Notes under the pieces: generated by a model
The model's input: the letters and a program-made list of their open reading frames with translations, nothing else
The model's database searches: none
What the model was told of the DNA's origin: nothing
Made by a program: the position numbers and the translations under genes
DNA from: Macrostomum lignano
Lineage: Eukaryota
Assembly (NCBI GenBank): GCA_002269645.1
Contig: NIVC01000406.1
Coordinates: 384,724-448,723 of the forward strand
Direction: 5' to 3'
DNA: 64,000 bases
Shown: in pieces, positions 56,741 to 64,000 of the stretch
Layout: every line of letters starts with the position of its first letter
How positions within the stretch are numbered: the first letter of the stretch is position 1

Positions 56741-58861
56741 TCAATCATCGATTTTTTCATCGCTCCAGTCGACGCGGGTGATCCGCAGGCGATGGTCTCC
56801 GGGGGCTCTGATGAGGCCGATGGATCCCAGCATCAGCTCCTCCAGCCTCTCCGGCTCGGCTTTCTCGGCGTCGCCCAGCTCAAATCGGAAGCGGCTGAGC
56901 AGCGAGCCGAAGAGGGTCAGCAGCTCGCGCTGCGCCAGCTGCTCGCCCAGGCAGGCCCGGCGCCCGATGCCGAAGCTCACGGCCTGGTCCAGCCGGCGGC
57001 AGCGCCCGGACTCCGGCTCGATGAACCTCTCGGGATTGAACCGCTCCGGCTCCGGGAAGTGCTCCGGGTCCCGGTGCGTGGCGAACAGGTTCAGCATCAC
57101 GAAGTCGCTCGGCTCCACGGTGCAGCCCAGCACCTCCGTGGCCTGGGCAGTGCAGGTCAGGGGGCATGGTAGGGAGGGGCTTTTAGCGTATTTTGACCCC
57201 CCCCCAAATCCAAACCTTAGCTGCTGACCCGCCAGCCCTCACCCTGGGCTGCTGATCCCCCAATCCTCACCCTGGGCTGGTGACCCCCCCAGCCTTCACC
57301 CTGGGCTGCTGACCCCCCTCCCAGCCCTCACCCTGGGCTGCTGACCCCCCAAGTCCCCACCCTAGTGACCCCGAGTCCTCACCCTGACTACGCGGCTGTT
57401 GACCCCCAGTGGCAGCGGTACCACCAGGCGCAGAGTCTCCTCAATGAAGGCCCTGGTGAACGGCAGCTTCTCTCTGTCGGCCATGCTGACTGGCCTCCAG
57501 TCGGTGCCGATGGCGGCGGCCACCTCCAGGCGGCAGCGACGCTGCATGTCGGGGTGCAGTGCGGCCATGAGCAGCAGCCAGCGCAGGCTGTTTGCGGATG
57601 TCTCGGTGCCGCCCAGGTAGATGTCGTAAGCGGAGCGGTACAGCTGGTAGTCGTCGAAGGTGCCAACGCTGCCGGTCTCCCGGAGCTGTCGCTGCTGCTC
57701 CAGCAGGTAGGCCTCGACATAGTTGGCCGGCTGGCTGTCCGGGTCCGTCCAGAAGTTCGGATCCAGCCGGCCGGCCCGGACAGCCTCCACTCGGGTGCGC
57801 ATGAACTCCAAAACCCAATTGTTGCTGCGGTCCAGAGCTCGAGCCCCGGACGACAGGGCCAGCATAGGCCGGATGGGGAGCCAGGGGTAGCAGGTGATGA
57901 GCAGGGTGACAAAGTCTCCGTGGGTCAGCGTGCTGAGGTGGGACACGTACTCCGACAGCTCACTGTCTGAGTAGTCGGCTCGGGTTGAGAAGAGCAGCTG
58001 AGAGATGACGTTAACAATGGCCCGCGTGATCAAGTCTGAAGGCGGGGAGGGGGGCGGGTGAGCAGAGTTCTCAGTAGAATAGGGCACAGCAAGAATGCAG
58101 TCAAGCCAGATAAAACTGCTCCAATCTGAACTCTTAAACCAGAAAATGCGAATGACGCACGAGACGGCCATTGGGGCAAAGTAAAAATTTGGCCAAGTAA
58201 GCTGGACGGAAAACTGGTCAGACTGAGATTTCAAAGTTCCAAATGCTCTCTGCTCAGTACTGGAAGCGCGCACTTGAAAAGTTCGAAATTCTAAAAAAAT
58301 TTTATTACCACTCGCGTCGACTTTAGCCGACGCGCGGCCGTCGAGGGCGTCGGCCAGCGCATCCAGCAGACTGCGGCACTCCGCCTCGATCAGCGCCTCC
58401 GCCTGCGGCCCGCCGAGGCCCAGCCGGCGGAAGGCGCGCACGGCGAATCGACGATGCTCCGCCCAGAGAGGCCCGTCGGACATGGCGAGGCCGCGCTTCC
58501 TTGACAGGTAGCGGAAGAACGGCGTGTCCATGCGGTAGCCAAAGGCGTCGCCGCGGCCGATCAGCGCCTCGCGCAGGGCGGCGTGGCCGCTGATGAGGAC
58601 GAAGCGCTGCGTGCCGAGCCGGAAGGCCGTCACGGGGCCGAAGCGGCGGCTCAGGCCCTGCAGGTACAGGTGGAAGCGGAAGCGCCGGCCGAACCGCAGC
58701 GCTTTGGCAAAGAAGGCCGGCAGCTGGCCGAGAAATGGCGGCCCGCCGGGTCCTGGCGGAGTCCGGCCGCTTGAGAGCCGCAACTGCCGCTGCTGCTTCT
58801 GCAAAAGCAGCAGCAGCAGCAACAGCAGAAAGGACAGCGACAGTGCGAATTCGAGCAACAT
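56741..58861 (-). CDS. Cytochrome P450, CYP2 clan, 534 aa
   Basis: Exons 58861-58312, 58035-57383, 57142-56741 (1605 nt in frame). N-terminal anchor + PPGP, WAEHRR (WxxxR), I-helix GGTETS, K-helix EETLR, PERF, heme loop FGIGRRACLGEQLA. Confidence 0.95.
57225..57390 (-). repeat. G-rich repeat of about 28-31 bp in CYP intron 2, carrying copies of the donor junction
   Basis: Minus-strand units GGGGTCAGCAGCCCAGG|GTGAGG resemble the true donor GTCAGG|GTGAGG. Confidence 0.75.
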
Positions 58862-58913
58862 GTTTGGCACTTCTTAGCCATGAAGGCTGGGCAGTGCAGG
58901 GCTTCCCCGGCGC

Positions 58914-58920
58914 TTTTATA
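58914..58920 (-). promoter_or_regulatory. TATA box of the CYP gene
   Basis: Minus strand TATAAAA about 55 nt upstream of the ATG at 58861. Confidence 0.6.
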
Positions 58921-59015
58921 CCTTAATTAGCTCACGTGAGCAGAGTGCGGACTGGGGTGCGCTGCTATTCGTGCTCTGCCTCCCAGGTTGGATACAGACA
59001 GCTGACCCGCCCACG

Positions 59016-59423
<408 letters not shown>

Positions 59424-60026
59424 CCTTCCTACTTTTACGGAATCGATTAGCCCAGTAAACTGTAACAACCAGGCTGTTGTAGGCCAAGAACTTTTAGCGC
59501 AGTGCCCAGTGGCTGTCTGAGGTGCGCCTGTGTGCTGCTGACGCATGCAAGGAATTTTTTTCCTACGGAAAAATACTTCCACAGCTGAGCAACCCCTTCG
59601 GTCACAAGGCGCGGCCCAGCTCAAAAGCAACAAAAGACTTGCACTTTCCAATAAGATAATGGACCGAGGGACTGGGGGGGGGCAGTGACGCAGGGCTGAC
59701 TCAGTTGGCCAGGTTGAGCAACAGGCGAGGCGAGGAAAGGCCAAAATGCTCAGCTCAGACGCAGAGACGGGGGCGCTCGAAATGAAGCGAACTGTGGGTT
59801 TGAAGAATGGCATTTCTATTCACGCTTGCCACTCTGTGAACTGTTGACGGGTTCGCATTTTTTTGAGTGCTTTTCTTATGTTTTAGCAGGCAGGTAACTG
59901 TTGCTGTGGTGGATTGAGCACAGGTTGGCTGCTCAGTTCTACGCTAGACAGTGCTGCTGATTGCCTCGCCTGCTTCTCCGATCTTGCAAATTTTTCTGGC
60001 AGAAATTATCTCCGACGTATGCAAGG

Positions 60027-60422
60027 AAATCACCCATCAAAAATCACCCATCAAAAATCACCCATCAAAAATCACCCATCAAAAATCACCCATCAAAAAT
60101 CACCCATCAAAAATCACCCATCAAAAATCACCCATCAAAAATCACCCATCAAAAATCACCCATCAAAAATCACCCATCAAAAATCACCCATCAAAAATCA
60201 CCTATCAAAAATCACCTATCAAAAATCACCCATCAAAAATCACCCATCAAAAATCACCTATCAAAAATCACCCATCAAAAATCACCCATCAAAAATCACC
60301 TATCAAAAATCACCTATCAAAAATCACCCATCAAAAATCACCTATCAAAAATCACCCATCAAAAATCACCCATCAAAAATCACCCATCAAAAATCACCCA
60401 TCAAAAATCACCCATCAAAAAT
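60027..60422. repeat. 14-bp minisatellite AAAAATCACCCATC
   Basis: About 28 units with a degenerate tail to about 60540. Confidence 0.97.
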
Positions 60423-60999
60423 CGCCATAAAAAGTCACCTATCAAGAAACGCCCGTCAACAATCGCCCGTCAAAAATAACCCTTAAAAAATCACCCATAA
60501 AAAGTCACTCATCAATACTCGCCCATCAAAAATCGCTCTAAAAACCCTTGATAAAGCCTTTAATAAAAAAGTATCACCCTTGCCCACGCAGAATCAAAGC
60601 AAAAATCTCCCAGAGATCAACAAGTGAGTTCTGCTGTTTACTGCAAGAAACAATGCAGCACACGCATTCCTACAGGTGTACTTTCAGTAGTGAGCACAGA
60701 GCAGTGGCACTCAAACTGCAAGGGCAATGAGTGTCTCAGCAAGGCAATCTCGAACCCATTAGGCTGTTTAGCAATCCCCCTGTCCATTAGCCTGTCATGC
60801 TCTCGTAATTCCACTTTTCGCTTTTGCATACCGGAGTCAGTCCGGCGGCTAATTACTCCTGCCGGCTTCATCTTCTGCTCCGTCAACGGCGAGTAATGCG
60901 AGATGCGGCTGAACCGCCTGTGCGGCACTGAAGTGCTCCTGACGCCTTCTGTGGGAGCGGCTGACTGCTGAGGCTCGCTGCTCGCACTCTACCGCACTC

Positions 61000-61926
61000 A
61001 CACTCGGACTCTCATTCTAACTCTCAGTCTCACTTTCAATCTCACTCTCAGTCTCAATCTCACTTTCAATCTGACTTTCAAATCTCAATCTCAATCTCAA
61101 TCTCACTCTCTCAATCTCAATCTCAATCTCAATCTCAATCTCAGTCTCAGTCTCACTTTCAATCTCACTCTCAGTCTCAATCTCACTTTCAATCTGACTT
61201 TCAAATCTCAATCTCAATCTCAATCTCACTCTCAATCTCAATCTCACTCTCATTCTCAATCTGAATCTCTCTCTCAATCTCACTCTCGATCTCAATCTCT
61301 CTCTGACTCTCAATCTCTCTCTCTCAATCTCACTCTCAATCTCAATCTCAATCTCTCTCTCTCTCTCTCAATCTCAATCTCACTCTCAGTCTCAATCTCA
61401 TTTTCAATCTCACTTTCAATCTCAATCTCACTCTCAATCTTAATCTCAATCTCAGTCTCAGTCTTACCCTCGCTCTCACTCACACTCTCACTCTCAATCT
61501 CACTCTCAATCTCACTCTCACTCTCAATCTCAATCTCAATCTCACTCTCACTCTCAATCTCAATCTCACTCTCACTCTCACTCTCACTCTCAATCTCAAT
61601 CTCACTCTCACTCTCAATCTCACTCTCACTCTCAATCTCAATCTCAATCTCACTCTCACTCTCACTCTCACTCTCAATCTCAATCTCAATCTCAATCTCA
61701 CTCTCAATCTCAATCTCTCTCTCTCTCTCAATCTCAATCTCACTCTCACTCTCAATCTCACTCTCACTCTCAATCTCAATCTCACTCTCACTCTCAATCT
61801 CAATCTCACTCTCACTCTCAATCTCACTCTCACTCTCAATCTCAATCTCAATCTCACTCTCACTCTCACTCTCACTCTCAATCTCACTCTCAATCTCACT
61901 CTCACTCTCAATCTCACTCTCACTCT
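61000..61926. repeat. (TCTCAA/TCTCAC)n hexamer satellite
   Basis: Direct reading. Confidence 0.97.
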
Positions 61927-62306
61927 CCAACCTCGCTCTCCTTGGCGTTCGCCTAGTCGTTATGAATGTCTAAATTAAAATTTTAACAGCATGCAGACCG
62001 TAGCTTCTATTATTCATTTCGAACTCTGCAGTCTCACAAAGCTCCCTTAGTTGAGCATTTTTTCAGGCGGAACGGCAGGACTGAGAATGCAAGTCAGGGC
62101 GGCCCCTCAGGGACTCGTGCTCCCGCTGAATGGGGGGGTGGCTCAGGTTCAGAATGGCACGGTCGAGGCGAGTGACTGCTAGCCAGACTGCGGCTGAGTC
62201 TACTCAAATGTTGATTGAAGAGAGAAAGATGGGGATGTTCAGGACAGCGGGGCGAGTTTCACTCTGCAAAAAAACTTTTTTTCTATCCAGAAATCCCCGA
62301 CTCCGT

Positions 62307-63078
62307 GACAGCCTCGCCAAGTCCCATCTGTTGAGGGCTGTTTTTACACGGGCTCAGGACAGCCTCGCCAAGTCCCATCTGTTGAGGGCTGTTTTTACAC
62401 GGGCTCAGGACAGCCTCGCCAAGTCCCATCTGTTGAGGGCTGTTTTTACACGGGCTCCGTGACAGCCTCGCCAAGTCCCATCTGTTGAGGGCTGTTTTTA
62501 CACGGGCTCCGTGACAGCCTCGCCAAGTCCCATCTGTTGAGGGCTGTTTTTACACGGGCTCAGGACAGCCTCGCCAAGTCCCATCTGTTGAGGGCTGTTT
62601 TTACACGGGCTCAGGACAGCCTCGCCAAGTCCCATCTGTTGAGGGCTGTTTTTACACGGGCTCCGTGACAGCCTCGCCAAGTCCCATCTGTTGAGGGCTG
62701 TTTTTACACGGGCTCCGTGACAGCCTCGCCAAGTCCCATCTGTTGAGGGCTGTTTTTACACGGGCTCAGGACAGCCTCGCCAAGTCCCATCTGTTGAGGG
62801 CTGTTTTTACACGGGCTCCGTGACAGCCTCGCCAAGTCCCATCTGTTGAGGGCTGTTTTTACACGGGCTCCGTGACAGCCTCGCCAAGTCCCATCTGTTG
62901 AGGGCTGTTTTTACACGGGCTCAGGACAGCCTCGCCAAGTCCCATCTGTTGAGGGCTATTTTTACACGGGCTCAGGACAGCCTCGCCAAGTCCCATCTGT
63001 TGAGGGCTGTTTTTACACGGGCTCAGGACAGCCTCGCCAAGTCCCATCTGTTGAGGGCTATTTTTACACGGGCTCAGG
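62307..63078. repeat. 51/52-bp minisatellite GACAGCCTCGCCAAGTCCCATCTGTTGAGGGCTGTTTTTACACGGGCTC(AG/CGT)
   Basis: About 15 units in two interleaved variants. Confidence 0.97.
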
Positions 63079-63419
63079 AATGAGGCGCTGTGTCCCAGCC
63101 TCCCTTCTCCCCGCGCTGTCCCCGCTTCATCATTCCCGTCCCCCTATCATCATGGCTAGGCTGCTTTCACGGCAGTCCTTTGCTCTACTTGTCATTCGCT
63201 CACCGTGTGTGAGCACCGGCGGAGCTGGGAAGCTGGATTTAATGTCACTTTTCATTCTTTTATTCGATAGTGCAGTCTCGTTTCAAAACAGATTGAATGA
63301 AACATTGACCAACAGTTACGGGGTAGCGACGGGCGATGAAGGATGCCTGTACTTATGGTTTCTGTACTCTGGGAACTGGCTTTCATGCTTATCACCCGCT
63401 CATCTCCAGCTGCCCTTCT

Positions 63420-64000
63420 TCTTTGCCCTTTCTCTACCCTTTCTCTACCCTTTCTCTACTCTCTTGTTTACCCTCGTCTCTACCCTTTTCTCTACCCTCT
63501 TGTTTACCCTCGTCTGTACCCTTTTCTCTACCCTCTTGTTTACCCTCGTCTGTACCCTTTTATCTACCCTCCCCTTCTACCCTTTTCTCTACCCTCCCCT
63601 CTACCCTTTTCTCTACCCTCTTGTTTACCCTCGTCTCTACCCTTTTCTCTACCCTCCCCTCTACCCTTTTCTCTACCCTCCCCTCTACCCTTTTCTCTAC
63701 CCTCCCCTCTACCCTTTTCTCTACCCTCTTGTCTACCCTTTTATCTACCCTCCCCCTCTACCCTTTTCTCTACCCTCCCCTCTACCCTTTTCTCTACCCT
63801 CCCCTCTACCCTTTTCTCCACCCTCCCCCTCTACCCTTCTCTCTACCCTCTTGTCTACCCTTTTATCTACCCTCCCCCTCTACCCTCCCCTTTACCCTTT
63901 TCTCTACCCTCCCCCTCTACCCTCCCCCTCTACCCTCCCCCTCTGCCCTCCCCCTCTACCCTCCCCCTCTACCCTCCCCCTCTACCCTTCCCATCTACCC
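63420..64000. repeat. Compound CT-rich repeat (CTACCC core), runs off the window
   Basis: Direct reading. Confidence 0.93.

Overview
Eukaryotic (animal) genomic DNA with GT-AG introns, some only about 30-90 nt, and many mini- and microsatellites. The overall style and one motif recalled from the Macrostomum spliced leader suggest a rhabditophoran flatworm such as Macrostomum lignano (inference). Genes: a 5'-truncated soluble guanylate cyclase (+, 183-5396); tRNA-Gln(CTG); three paralogous small single-pass Cys-cluster membrane proteins (-); an orphan 404-aa membrane-anchored low-complexity ORF (+); a roughly 1,750-aa secreted Asp-rich DxDxDG-repeat (thrombospondin-type-3-like) protein over about 18 exons (-, 29609-45559); tektin-1 (+); a RASSF9/10-like gene (-); and a CYP2-clan P450 (-). 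Mobile DNA: a 3.66-kb foldback-type element with arms of 161-bp tandem repeats, a decayed mariner, a piggyBac-derived element with about 0.5-kb inverted repeats, two CORE-type tRNA SINEs, and a 308-bp TSD-flanked retroposon whose 5' end matches the recalled start of the spliced-leader RNA. The most striking observations are that SL-headed retroposon, the five exact C-x56-C modules and 75-nt cassette exons of the Asp-rich protein, a tandem array that amplifies an exon/intron junction of the cyclase, and a Trp in the cyclase distal heme pocket. All coordinates and splice models were read by eye and have no transcript support.
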